Of a stretch of 64,000 nucleotides of DNA, positions 37,354 to 46,312 are shown one piece after another. The translations under genes were made by a program, and so were the position numbers. How positions within the stretch are numbered: the stretch's first letter is position 1; every line of letters begins with the position of its first letter. The DNA lies in the sequence record MK268344.1. The stretch is one strand, 5' to 3'. A model generated the notes under the pieces. It was not told where the DNA came from. It was given only the letters and a program-made list of their open reading frames with translations, and did no database searches.

Positions 37354-37707
37354 ATGAAGACAAAACGTTTCCCACAAGATATAATGAAACAGATGGCATA
37401 CGGTTGCAGTACTGTAACAATGTTTGGTGAATATAACGACAAGATGGGTTGCTTTGATGATGATGTAGAATTAGAAGTATTACATAATGAGGAATGCAAT
37501 ACTACTCGTTGGAATAGCGTTCATGACCTTGTGTTTGTTGACAAACAGACAGGAGAAGCGTATCATACACAGTATGAAAAAGGTCTTACCGAATCACAGA
37601 TGCTAGAACCATTTGACTACGATAAAGATGGTGTTGATTGCGATATTGTTGATGTTTGGGAAGAAGAAGTTACATACAAAGTTATTAGGTGGAAAGATTC
37701 TAAATGA
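37354..37707 (+). CDS. hypothetical protein
   Basis: GGAG RBS before ATG 37354. Confidence 0.8.
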   Translation: MKTKRFPQDIMKQMAYGCSTVTMFGEYNDKMGCFDDDVELEVLHNEECNTTRWNSVHDLVFVDKQTGEAYHTQYEKGLTESQMLEPFDYDKDGVDCDIVDVWEEEVTYKVIRWKDSK

Positions 37708-38093
37708 TTAAAGATATTGATTTTTCAGGACTTGAAATCGTTAGTGCAGTCAAGAACATTACTGACATGTATGATGAAAAAGGGGTGATTTGTACTATTA
37801 CTTTTTTAAAAGAGGAAGATAGTATTTCGCATCTAACGGGAATTGAAGAATTAGTAGCTAAATTAGATTTAGAAGAAAATAAGAAGTATATTAAACTTTC
37901 GTATTCTTATACTATGGTTGAAAAAGAGATCGATACCGACCGCCCGGTGAAGGTGATTTTTACAGGAATAAATAAACCGTACAAAAAAATCTCCCGGTGC
38001 ACTGAGGACAGTACTGAACTGTTGCAGGACATTAAATTCATTGATGAGGTCTTTGAACGTTCACCTAATGAACTCAAACGAACATATCTATAA
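37704..38093 (+). CDS. hypothetical protein
   Basis: ATGA overlap. Confidence 0.75.
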   Translation: MIKDIDFSGLEIVSAVKNITDMYDEKGVICTITFLKEEDSISHLTGIEELVAKLDLEENKKYIKLSYSYTMVEKEIDTDRPVKVIFTGINKPYKKISRCTEDSTELLQDIKFIDEVFERSPNELKRTYL

Positions 38094-38097
38094 TCTT

Positions 38098-38126
38098 GGG
38101 ACAAACAGGTTTTTTTGTGATATAAT
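38098..38126 (+). promoter_or_regulatory. GGGACA-class promoter
   Basis: GGGACA-N17-TATAAT with TGTGA; no coding gene follows. Confidence 0.8.
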
Positions 38127-38132
38127 ATATGA

Positions 38133-38620
38133 TGAGGGATTACCCTCAGTCATACCAATCCTGAATGGCATGTGAAAGCATGAAAAATAAAAACCTGATC
38201 CTATCGAAAAGTAGATGGCAGATGAGTAGTTCATTCAGTACGATGTGCAAAAGAAACCCGTCAGAAATAAAGCGTAAGTGTAGTCGATTCCAACGAGACG
38301 TAAATCACACGCATCACGGCAATGCGGCACAATAAAGGCGTTAAGAAAACATAATCGCCCTAGATAGACATATGAGGCATACTCACCTAGTTGAAAGGGA
38401 GTCTCTTTACGGAGAGACAGCAGTATTTGTTGCTGAATTAGCAAGTACTGTAAGCGTGTGAGGAACACGACCGTTGTATGCAGACTGTAGTAGCTGGAAA
38501 CAGGACAACCCGCCAGCGATTACTTTTATTTCAAATGGATTGATCCGTCTGAAATTTGAGTGGAATCTACAAATTCAGATTGGTATGACTACCAGTGTCA
38601 GGTTTATCCTGATTTTTTTT
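38133..38620 (+). ncRNA. candidate large structured non-coding RNA (about 490 nt)
   Basis: Own promoter and terminator, about 42% GC by my count, 18-bp 5'/3' closing helix, many hairpins, no credible ORF. Confidence 0.75.
38597..38620 (+). terminator. intrinsic terminator
   Basis: GTCAGG-TTTAT-CCTGAT followed by a T8 run. Confidence 0.75.
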
Positions 38621-38786
38621 CGGCCCTCCCTTGTGGGGGGATGGAATTGGATCACAAACCGTGTCAATAATAAAAAGTACAAACAATATAATTTGAATTA
38701 TTATTTCTATAAGCGAAGTATGAGCGTAAGAGAAATAATAATTCTTAGACAATCGAAGATTGGCTAATCAAAAACAAGGATATGAC

Positions 38787-39374
38787 ATGAATTCACATGA
38801 ATTAGCTAAAAAGCTATTAGAGTTGCCAGAACACGAAGTGTTTATTGAAGTACAAACACCATCATCTAATGGTGTTGGTTTTGAATACAAAACAATAAAA
38901 ATTTCTGAAAAGAATCAAATCACTCCTTCTGGTATTTTCCTTAAGCCTGATGTTTTCTTTAACCATACTAATGTAAAATCTCCTAACAGTGAACCAGTTA
39001 TTGGTTCATATGCATTATACTTCAAAGATAAAACGGTAGTGATTAATCGTTATGATGAAAGTCGAATTAGTACTGCAACAGTTAAATTGTTGAGTACTGG
39101 AGAAAGTCGTGTTCACGAATATGGTACTTATAATATGACTATTCATGACAATTTCCAACATTTCAATCGTGGATTTGAAACTGATATTGTATTAGTAACT
39201 AATAAAGAAACATTTGGGGAAAAAGAACAAAAGCTATATCCAAATGCAGAGATTAGACATTTAGAAGATGTTGACTATGTTCGTGTATTAGTATCGTATG
39301 ATAAAGATACATGGACACCAACTTATAAGAGAATGACTTATGCAGAAGCAATCGAATTCGGTAAAAGTCTATGA
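38787..39374 (+). CDS. hypothetical protein (paralog of 41040..41576)
   Basis: AAGGA RBS before ATG 38787. Confidence 0.8.
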   Translation: MNSHELAKKLLELPEHEVFIEVQTPSSNGVGFEYKTIKISEKNQITPSGIFLKPDVFFNHTNVKSPNSEPVIGSYALYFKDKTVVINRYDESRISTATVKLLSTGESRVHEYGTYNMTIHDNFQHFNRGFETDIVLVTNKETFGEKEQKLYPNAEIRHLEDVDYVRVLVSYDKDTWTPTYKRMTYAEAIEFGKSL

Positions 39375-39765
39375 TTTAACTATTGAAACTGATGAATTCA
39401 ATGCTTTAATGAATATATACATATTGTTATCTGGAGATCCAGCAGACCATATTTTTACATCATGCGACGATAATGTTTCCTTAATGGAGACTTTGCGATT
39501 TTGTATTCATCAGGCCGAATGTGGTGAAAATGTTTATATAGTAGGTTTCCCAAGAAGTATTCCTATTGAAAAAAGACCAAATACTCTTTTTTTCCTTAAA
39601 AGTTGGTATGAATTAATGGATGTGTCTGATGAAGAACATATGTTGGTTATAGCAATTAGAGATATCTATGGTAATACTGGTGAGTACTATAAAATGGATG
39701 AAACCTTTAAACATTTAACACGAAATATACGAAGTCTAGTAAGCATATCTTTATATGCGGTATAA
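39340..39765 (+). CDS. hypothetical protein (start uncertain)
   Basis: Open ORF filling gap. Confidence 0.6.
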   Translation: MQKQSNSVKVYDLTIETDEFNALMNIYILLSGDPADHIFTSCDDNVSLMETLRFCIHQAECGENVYIVGFPRSIPIEKRPNTLFFLKSWYELMDVSDEEHMLVIAIRDIYGNTGEYYKMDETFKHLTRNIRSLVSISLYAV

Positions 39766-39768
39766 ATA
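39761..39768 (+). promoter_or_regulatory. T4-type late promoter
   Basis: TATAAATA. Confidence 0.7.
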
Positions 39769-39801
39769 CCGGTATGATTTAACTCTATAAGGAAAAATTT
39801 T

Positions 39802-40242
39802 ATGGATGAATATGAAGATATGCGTAGTATGATGGACTACGTTGATAGTACTGAACAATCTGACGATATTGATGCTGAATTACTAACTTTTGTTGATAAC
39901 AGTATCTTTATGGAATCCCAAGCCCATCATTGGCATCTGCAATGTAATTATTACTCTAAACATATGGAATTGGACGAATTCTACGAAGATTTACCAGAAT
40001 TAGTTGATACATTTGTCGAAGGACTAATGAATACACGTGGCCCACTACCTATTGGTATGGATGCACAATACACTTTTGTTCCATTGGAAGATGCTATCAG
40101 TACTTTGGAAGTGTATGTCGAACAAGCAAGACAGATTCATAGACTACTTGATGAACGAGAGGATTTCGGTTCTGTTAATAGTCTAGAAGATATTATTTCA
40201 TTTGTAGAAGCTACACTCTACAAATTAAAACATTTACAATAA
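39802..40242 (+). CDS. ferritin/Dps-like protein (DUF5856-type)
   Basis: QAHHWHLQ..SKHMELDEFYEDLPELVDTFVE..LYKLKHLQ. Confidence 0.75.
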   Translation: MDEYEDMRSMMDYVDSTEQSDDIDAELLTFVDNSIFMESQAHHWHLQCNYYSKHMELDEFYEDLPELVDTFVEGLMNTRGPLPIGMDAQYTFVPLEDAISTLEVYVEQARQIHRLLDEREDFGSVNSLEDIISFVEATLYKLKHLQ

Positions 40243-40246
40243 AACA

Positions 40247-40273
40247 GGGACGCTTTTTGCGTCCTTTTCTTTT
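40247..40273 (+). terminator. intrinsic terminator
   Basis: GGGACGC-TTTTT-GCGTCCT plus T-rich tail. Confidence 0.75.
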
Positions 40274-40284
40274 GGACAAAAAAA

Positions 40285-40509
40285 ATGAAAGAATATGCAT
40301 TTTATTCCGCAATGGAACAATCACCTCGAAAATTCAAACAAGCGGCCCATTCCTTGGTCTTTTTATGTAGATTTACACCAGTAAGTCATACTAAAATGAA
40401 AAACTGGAGTTTACGTCAATGCGTTAAACAAGCAAAGAAATATGGATGGGATGAATCTAAAAACTGGCGAGACCATCTTACTTTCAAAGGAGACGAATAT
40501 GAGTATTGA
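40285..40509 (+). CDS. hypothetical protein
   Basis: 74-aa ORF. Confidence 0.7.
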   Translation: MKEYAFYSAMEQSPRKFKQAAHSLVFLCRFTPVSHTKMKNWSLRQCVKQAKKYGWDESKNWRDHLTFKGDEYEY

Positions 40510-40699
40510 CGATCTATATGCACTAATTGAAGAAGTGGAACTAGAACAAAAATATTTGTTTGTAGTTTATGATATAGCACAGGATGATATCGGTATTGAT
40601 GTACTAGACTATGAATCCGAAGATTGTATAGATGGTGGATACTTTAATAGTATCGAAGAAGTAATTGAATTTGTAAAAGAACATAAGGGGAGTCTATAA
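40499..40699 (+). CDS. acidic hypothetical protein
   Basis: AGGAG RBS before ATG 40499. Confidence 0.75.
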   Translation: MSIDDLYALIEEVELEQKYLFVVYDIAQDDIGIDVLDYESEDCIDGGYFNSIEEVIEFVKEHKGSL

Positions 40700-41040
40700 T
40701 GAGTTCTGATCGCGTAACTTATGGCCTAATGGCTGAACTACAATTTGAAGTACCTAAAGATAAACGAGATGAAGTATATGATGAACTTGAAGAACAAAAC
40801 CTATTCATTAACTATGAAGGTACTTTGATTTATCATAAACAATTTGATGGGGAACCTTGGGAAACCGGATTCCTTTATGGAACCAAATCGTTTGGGGATA
40901 TGCAAAAATTCATTGACTTGTGCGATGAACATGGTATGATTGTTAAAGAAGAAACAGTTGAACCATTCCATGCAATTTGGTATGACGGGTGTGATGCACC
41001 AATGAATATCATTACGGTTAAAGAATTCCGGGAGGATTAA
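40699..41040 (+). CDS. hypothetical protein
   Basis: TAATG overlap. Confidence 0.8.
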   Translation: MSSDRVTYGLMAELQFEVPKDKRDEVYDELEEQNLFINYEGTLIYHKQFDGEPWETGFLYGTKSFGDMQKFIDLCDEHGMIVKEETVEPFHAIWYDGCDAPMNIITVKEFRED

Positions 41041-41576
41041 TGACTGCCAAAGAATTAGCTGAATTACTATTACAAACCCCTGATTTGGAAGTATACACTG
41101 AAGAATGTCATGTACCAGATTTTTCTGATGCATACTATTCAGTTGAAAAAGTTATTGGGGTAACTAAAACTCCTGATGGTATTTTTATCAACAACGAGTA
41201 CATTAGTGGTAAAGAACCACGTTCTCCATCACAGAAACCACAAATTGGTTCAGTACGAATTATGCTAAAAGATGGTCAATGGTTTCGTCAAGGTAATGAT
41301 GGTCTAAGTGTCCATAATTTACATGATTTCATTGAATATGGTTTCTTCATCACTTACGGTGGATGGAATTCAGAAAATTGGTTAATGTATGATGAAAGTA
41401 GAGTAGATGATTACATTAGTAGTAAAATTGAAGACACTGAAACCGAACCATATAGCAGTATTGAAGTACAATACATTGAAATTTTGACAGAAGTACATTC
41501 TGATACGTGGCATGAAACATGGCAGAAATTTTCTTTTGAAGAAGCACTTGAATTTGTAAAAGCGAGGATTATCTAA
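41040..41576 (+). CDS. hypothetical protein (paralog of 38787..39374)
   Basis: GGAGG RBS; shared termini. Confidence 0.8.
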   Translation: MTAKELAELLLQTPDLEVYTEECHVPDFSDAYYSVEKVIGVTKTPDGIFINNEYISGKEPRSPSQKPQIGSVRIMLKDGQWFRQGNDGLSVHNLHDFIEYGFFITYGGWNSENWLMYDESRVDDYISSKIEDTETEPYSSIEVQYIEILTEVHSDTWHETWQKFSFEEALEFVKARII

Positions 41577-41854
41577 TGGCAAAAGTATTAGTACTAGCAT
41601 GTATGTCAGCATTCGATGATGAAACACATTTCCATATTGATAATATGGGTGTAGTTGAAAGTATTGATGAAATGAATACATTTGTTAGAGATAATCGTGA
41701 TCAAACCTTGGGTATTTATTTCAAGTACTTCTTTACTATAAACGAAAATTTGAATTTCGATTCTAGTATTGAAGACCTAATGCAAGAACTAAAACATGCT
41801 GAAGAAATAAATTATGCCCTAGCACTTTTAATACTATGCAATAAGGTTCTATAA
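41576..41854 (+). CDS. hypothetical protein
   Basis: TAATG overlap. Confidence 0.75.
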   Translation: MAKVLVLACMSAFDDETHFHIDNMGVVESIDEMNTFVRDNRDQTLGIYFKYFFTINENLNFDSSIEDLMQELKHAEEINYALALLILCNKVL

Positions 41855-42354
41855 TGTATACAGTACTATTCACGAGAGAAGCGGGTGGGGAAACTGAAGA
41901 ATATTATGGAACTTCGCCTAGTGTGTTTGAGGTGCATTACTTTAATACTGAATATGAAGTTAAAAACTATATTGTAACAGAAACGGCTTATCAGGAAAAG
42001 ATAGCACATAACGATACTGTTTATAATAAACGCAGGTTCTATTATGGTACTTATAGTTATGCTGTTCTACTCGATGGAGTACTAATCTCTAACGATTATA
42101 ACTTTGATTGTTGTTTCAGTGAAGTAACACTTCCAGACGGCGATTATTATTTCAATGTTTATGATTTATGCGTTCAGGGTGTAAAACAATTTGATGAATA
42201 TAAAAATTATCTTTTCAAATACATCAATGAAGAAGAAACTGCATATAAACGTGCATTGAAAAAAGAAACAGAAGAACGACTCTTGAAAGAAAAAGAGCGT
42301 GAAGAAAAAGAGAAGTTAAAAGAACTTCTCAAGAAATATCCCGATATAAGGTAA
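41854..42354 (+). CDS. hypothetical protein
   Basis: TAATG overlap; C-terminal coiled coil. Confidence 0.75.
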   Translation: MYTVLFTREAGGETEEYYGTSPSVFEVHYFNTEYEVKNYIVTETAYQEKIAHNDTVYNKRRFYYGTYSYAVLLDGVLISNDYNFDCCFSEVTLPDGDYYFNVYDLCVQGVKQFDEYKNYLFKYINEEETAYKRALKKETEERLLKEKEREEKEKLKELLKKYPDIR

Positions 42355-42362
42355 ATAAAAGT

Positions 42363-42731
42363 ATGGCTAGGGGATATTGGAGTAAGCGGGGTTATTCCCT
42401 AAATGGTTTAAACCCGAACGCTTATACATCAAAAACTGATAAAGATGGTAATCTTATCAACCTACCGAGTGCGTCTCTTATGAAGTTCTGGAAGATAAGA
42501 GATATGCCTTTTGGTTCTGAACGGAGACGAGCAGTAATCGAGTTGTTAAAAACTGGTTATTTGATTCCCGTAAATGGTATTGGTCAAATTCAATTGAAAT
42601 GTGATCCTGATTTACGGAAATTGCTTAAAGATGAAAAGATACAAATGTACAATGAACGGAATCGTACATTTAAAAGAACTATAATAAGGTATAATGATGG
42701 AAGCGAAAGACGTAAGCGGAAAAGAAGTTAA
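42363..42731 (+). CDS. basic hypothetical protein
   Basis: AAGGT RBS. Confidence 0.75.
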   Translation: MARGYWSKRGYSLNGLNPNAYTSKTDKDGNLINLPSASLMKFWKIRDMPFGSERRRAVIELLKTGYLIPVNGIGQIQLKCDPDLRKLLKDEKIQMYNERNRTFKRTIIRYNDGSERRKRKRS

Positions 42732-42897
42732 AATTGATGATATCGTGGCATTTGGTCATGACAATGGTAGTACTCTTCTAATTGGTAAAATTTTCAAAGT
42801 AACCCCTAAAAAAGTTTGGATGTATCCAATTATAGAAGGTAAAGTTGTCGAAACTACCTACTGCCGCGATCATAATCGTGTCAGTAAGGTGGGATAA
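42694..42897 (+). CDS. small SH3-like hypothetical protein
   Basis: DVSGKEVKIDDIVAF pattern. Confidence 0.7.
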   Translation: MMEAKDVSGKEVKIDDIVAFGHDNGSTLLIGKIFKVTPKKVWMYPIIEGKVVETTYCRDHNRVSKVG

Positions 42898-43079
42898 TGA
42901 CAAAAGAAGAAATAGAAGATTATATCAAGGAATTGATTCTTAGTAATATGACAGTACAAGTTGATATTAGTCCTGAGCCATATAGTAACAATGAATCCTA
43001 TAATGTGCGTGTTGTTATTGAATATGATGGCGAAGAGATTAGTAGTTATGGAGATTCAATAAGGGTGTCCAATGGCTAA
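42897..43079 (+). CDS. hypothetical protein
   Basis: TAATG overlap. Confidence 0.7.
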   Translation: MTKEEIEDYIKELILSNMTVQVDISPEPYSNNESYNVRVVIEYDGEEISSYGDSIRVSNG

Positions 43080-43641
43080 ATTGCATTTTAACTACGCTGC
43101 TATGAATAGTGGCAAAAGTACTGATCTATTGAGAAAGGCTTTTAGCTACAAAGAACGTGGTCATGAGGTGTTATATCTAACATCATCACTTGACACTAGA
43201 TATCATGAAGGAAAGATTACTTCAAGAATTGGTATAGAATCAGATGCATTTGTGATTAAACCAAATTCATTATTTGAACTTGATATATTTTACGATGAAA
43301 TATCAAGATCTGATTATAAGGCTGTTTTTGTAGATGAATGTCAGTTCTTGACTAAGGAACAGGTTGACAAGCTAGCAGAAATAGTGGATAATCTAAATGT
43401 GGATGTATTTTGCTATGGACTCAGGACTGATTTCACAGGCAATCTATTTGAAGGTTCAAAGCATCTTATTGAGGTTGCTGATGAACTTGAAGATCTAAGT
43501 AGCATTTGTGATTGTGGAAACAAAGCTATAATGACTGCTCGTTTAGTATCCAGTACTGAACAAGTACTCATTGGTGGTAATGAAGCATACAAAAGCATGT
43601 GCAGAAAATGTCATAAACAACACATGAGGTCTAAAACATGA
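43072..43641 (+). CDS. tdk: thymidine kinase
   Basis: AAMNSGKST, VDECQFL, YGLRTDF, ICDCG, IGGNEAYKSMCRKC. Confidence 0.96.
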   Translation: MAKLHFNYAAMNSGKSTDLLRKAFSYKERGHEVLYLTSSLDTRYHEGKITSRIGIESDAFVIKPNSLFELDIFYDEISRSDYKAVFVDECQFLTKEQVDKLAEIVDNLNVDVFCYGLRTDFTGNLFEGSKHLIEVADELEDLSSICDCGNKAIMTARLVSSTEQVLIGGNEAYKSMCRKCHKQHMRSKT

Positions 43642-43859
43642 CAGACGTAATTAAAGAAGTTGCTATTAAAGTTGCTACTACAGTTTGGGAGGGAGTACAA
43701 GATGTATTTTCTTCTGCTGCTGGTGCGTTAGTAGCTGTTGTAGTAGCAATTCTCCTAAGTATTGTTCCTACATTTCTTTTGATCGGTGTAGCTATTGTGC
43801 TATTTGTTGGAATTGTTTATTCACAAGTCCAAGAAAAACTTGACAAAGAATCAGAATAA
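43638..43859 (+). CDS. membrane protein
   Basis: Long hydrophobic segment. Confidence 0.75.
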   Translation: MTDVIKEVAIKVATTVWEGVQDVFSSAAGALVAVVVAILLSIVPTFLLIGVAIVLFVGIVYSQVQEKLDKESE

Positions 43860-43868
43860 TGTAATAAT

Positions 43869-43897
43869 AAGCTCCTATATACATAGGGGCTTTTTTT
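43869..43897 (+). terminator. intrinsic terminator
   Basis: AAGCTCCTAT-ATAC-ATAGGGGCTT plus T run. Confidence 0.8.
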
Positions 43898-43910
43898 ATG
43901 GGAGATTTTT

Positions 43911-44366
43911 ATGTTAATTTTCTTGAATTTGGTAACAGCGGTAATCGTACTCACATACGCTGCATATTACGGTTGGTTGGGTGAATCCCTTCAATCACGT
44001 TTTGTGCTAGATGTTAATGAACAATATGACCGTGAATTGTTGATGGTCATGGCACAAGTCCAAGCGGGTAATGGTACGGCTTCTATGAATGATGAAGGTA
44101 TGATTGTTCTAGAAACTGGTAAGTATCGCTATAAGGTATATGCAACCAACTATAGTGATGAAAAATTTGGTATTTGCTATGTTCGTTATACATATCCATA
44201 TGAAGACAAAATATCATATAGAACAGATAAGATTGATGGTGATCTATCTTTAAGTACTCGCAAGTACTTACTAGCATTTAAAGAAGAATATTTAGGAATT
44301 AAAGACCCATCTTCTGTAAGAAAATCTATTTTTCAATTTAAAAAAGAGAAGGTAACAATTAAATGA
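43911..44366 (+). CDS. membrane-anchored hypothetical protein
   Basis: N-terminal TM helix; GGGAG RBS. Confidence 0.75.
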   Translation: MLIFLNLVTAVIVLTYAAYYGWLGESLQSRFVLDVNEQYDRELLMVMAQVQAGNGTASMNDEGMIVLETGKYRYKVYATNYSDEKFGICYVRYTYPYEDKISYRTDKIDGDLSLSTRKYLLAFKEEYLGIKDPSSVRKSIFQFKKEKVTIK

Positions 44367-44707
44367 GTTTTGAACAAAAAAATTCTGTCCAAACATTTTA
44401 TGTTAACATTCATATTGCAGGTGATTACAATACTTGCATTCGTAAGTGCCGCGAGATTGCATATTCTTTCGGATTTTGTTTCCAAGTACATGCAGTAGAC
44501 TATGTTTATACTGGTGGTTCTGAAGCAGGAGTAATGGTTCGTGTTATTAACTATCCGCGTTTTCCACGAAATGAAGACGAAATAAAAAATCTTTGCATTC
44601 AGTTTGGTTCTCAACTTGCAACCGAAATGTGTCAAAAGAGCTTTACTGTTGAGACTAGTACTGATACAATGTATTTTGAAAGTACACATCCATTGCACAG
44701 CAAATAG
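44363..44707 (+). CDS. conserved phage hypothetical protein
   Basis: YVYTGGSEAGV..INYPRFP motif. Confidence 0.8.
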   Translation: MSFEQKNSVQTFYVNIHIAGDYNTCIRKCREIAYSFGFCFQVHAVDYVYTGGSEAGVMVRVINYPRFPRNEDEIKNLCIQFGSQLATEMCQKSFTVETSTDTMYFESTHPLHSK

Positions 44708-44715
44708 GAGTTCAT

Positions 44716-45294
44716 ATGATTGATATTATTGTATCATGTGCAGTAACAGCAGTTGCATCCTTTGGTGTGCATTATGCATATATGAAATATTTTCCACAAA
44801 AAAGTATTTTACCTAGAATAAGTAAAACAAATCCAGAACCACCGTCTGGGTTAAGTACGGTGGATTATAATATCGAAGAAACAGAAGAACAGTACTTAAA
44901 TCGTTTAAAGTACATTCATAGTACTGCATGGCAAGAATATTCACAACATGCAGATCGGGAAATTCATATTGACGGTGATCGTCATGTAAACCTACTTATT
45001 TTGAATGCCAGTAAGGGGTATATATCGTATAATGTAGGTCATCATACTCTTAATTTTGGTAGTGGTGAGGAAATTTGGATTGCAAACAAATACTTTGCTT
45101 ATGGTCATATCCATCGCTCATCGTCCAAACCACATTTGCGGTTTTCATACACCGACCATCGTCTATCACCTTATACCTTCTTACGTTTAGTTGATTTTGA
45201 GTACGAACACACTAATCCATTGGAATGGAAGCGTAAACATGATGAATATGGTAGGTATAGTCACCGTAACAGATTAAAGGCCCGGTTAAAATGA
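44716..45294 (+). CDS. membrane-anchored hypothetical protein
   Basis: AGGAG RBS; N-terminal hydrophobic helix. Confidence 0.75.
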   Translation: MIDIIVSCAVTAVASFGVHYAYMKYFPQKSILPRISKTNPEPPSGLSTVDYNIEETEEQYLNRLKYIHSTAWQEYSQHADREIHIDGDRHVNLLILNASKGYISYNVGHHTLNFGSGEEIWIANKYFAYGHIHRSSSKPHLRFSYTDHRLSPYTFLRLVDFEYEHTNPLEWKRKHDEYGRYSHRNRLKARLK

Positions 45295-45794
45295 TTAGTC
45301 ATAAAGCAATGTACGATATGGTAACGCAATTTATGTCCACGATTGTACCAAATAATCTTTTCTGGAGTTCCGAAAAAGAATATACGGTGTACATGATGGA
45401 ATCAATGGGGTATACTTTAACAGATTGGTCATGGTATGATGGCCCTCTTGTTAATTTCGATTATCATAAAATTGATGGACATTCAACATCACTGTCATAT
45501 GCAGCTACAACACATGGTTACCATTTTATAAATGAATGGTATTCAATTACGGTAAATGAGGTGCCAGTACTAGCATCATCTGCTAGAAAGAAATTACATG
45601 ACTTTGAAAATGTAAGTATTCATAAACTTTCATTAGCATCAAATCAAAAATTAACATATGAGAATTCGTCAGATGAATTCAAAAAAATGGTAAATGACTT
45701 CACCAATTGGCAAAAAACATTTGACATTGATGAAGATTATCAGTATAGTGTAGAGATATACTTAACAGCTAAGGGTAACGTCGATGAATTCTAA
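45291..45794 (+). CDS. hypothetical protein
   Basis: ATGA overlap. Confidence 0.75.
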   Translation: MISHKAMYDMVTQFMSTIVPNNLFWSSEKEYTVYMMESMGYTLTDWSWYDGPLVNFDYHKIDGHSTSLSYAATTHGYHFINEWYSITVNEVPVLASSARKKLHDFENVSIHKLSLASNQKLTYENSSDEFKKMVNDFTNWQKTFDIDEDYQYSVEIYLTAKGNVDEF

Positions 45795-45942
45795 AGAATC
45801 TTTTAAATATGCATTTGCAATAATTCTAGCAGCTTTTGGTGGGTATGGTTTCATTGCTGGTAATCCACAATGGTTTTGGTGGCTTATTGCATCATTGGGT
45901 TACTTAACAGGAACCGCATTCTATAAAATACTAATGGACTAA
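45784..45942 (+). CDS. small two-TM membrane protein (not in ORF track)
   Basis: 52-aa ORF filling gap. Confidence 0.6.
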   Translation: MNSKESFKYAFAIILAAFGGYGFIAGNPQWFWWLIASLGYLTGTAFYKILMD

Positions 45943-45946
45943 TATT

Positions 45947-46312
45947 ATGGCATTGAGTAAAAAATTACTTAAAAAACGTAATGTGAAATACCTTAATGGA
46001 TTTGTTGCAACTCAATGGAAATTAAGACGTGCTATTCTAGGAATAGGTACATATTATGGTCAAATAGAAGCAGAAATTCGTAAGAAACGTATTAGTAAAA
46101 AATGTATAACATATGTTGATTATGATGATCTAAGACCATTCCTATTTAGATGGAGTGTATCAGTGTATCGCACCAATCCATGTAAAAGAAGTCGGATAAA
46201 GAAATTCTGCACTGGATACCAAATGATTCACCGCGAAGATATGATAGGTACTGAACAAGAATACCGAAATGTTTATGTTGCCAGAGGGGGAGAAAAAGTT
46301 GACAGATTCTAA
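45947..46312 (+). CDS. basic hypothetical protein
   Basis: 121-aa ORF. Confidence 0.7.
   Translation: MALSKKLLKKRNVKYLNGFVATQWKLRRAILGIGTYYGQIEAEIRKKRISKKCITYVDYDDLRPFLFRWSVSVYRTNPCKRSRIKKFCTGYQMIHREDMIGTEQEYRNVYVARGGEKVDRF

Noticed and set aside
38133-38620. tmRNA, RNase P RNA or self-splicing intron as identity of the ncRNA
   Set aside because: No GGGGC 5' end or T-arm for tmRNA; RNase P CR-I/CR-V motifs are not present in the right order; no group II domain V; no interrupted host gene; group I P7-like words (GACTG, TAGTC) are in the wrong order
38235-38767. Track ORFs 38235..38468(-), 38474..38767(+) and 38567..38752(-)
   Set aside because: No RBS, atypical composition, and they cross the structured RNA and its terminator. 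Only the last 44 or so codons of the + ORF (GTG 38633) might be a real small gene, and I cannot support it.
40270-40300. TTGGACAAA as a seventh GGGACA-class promoter
   Set aside because: No -10 element at the right distance
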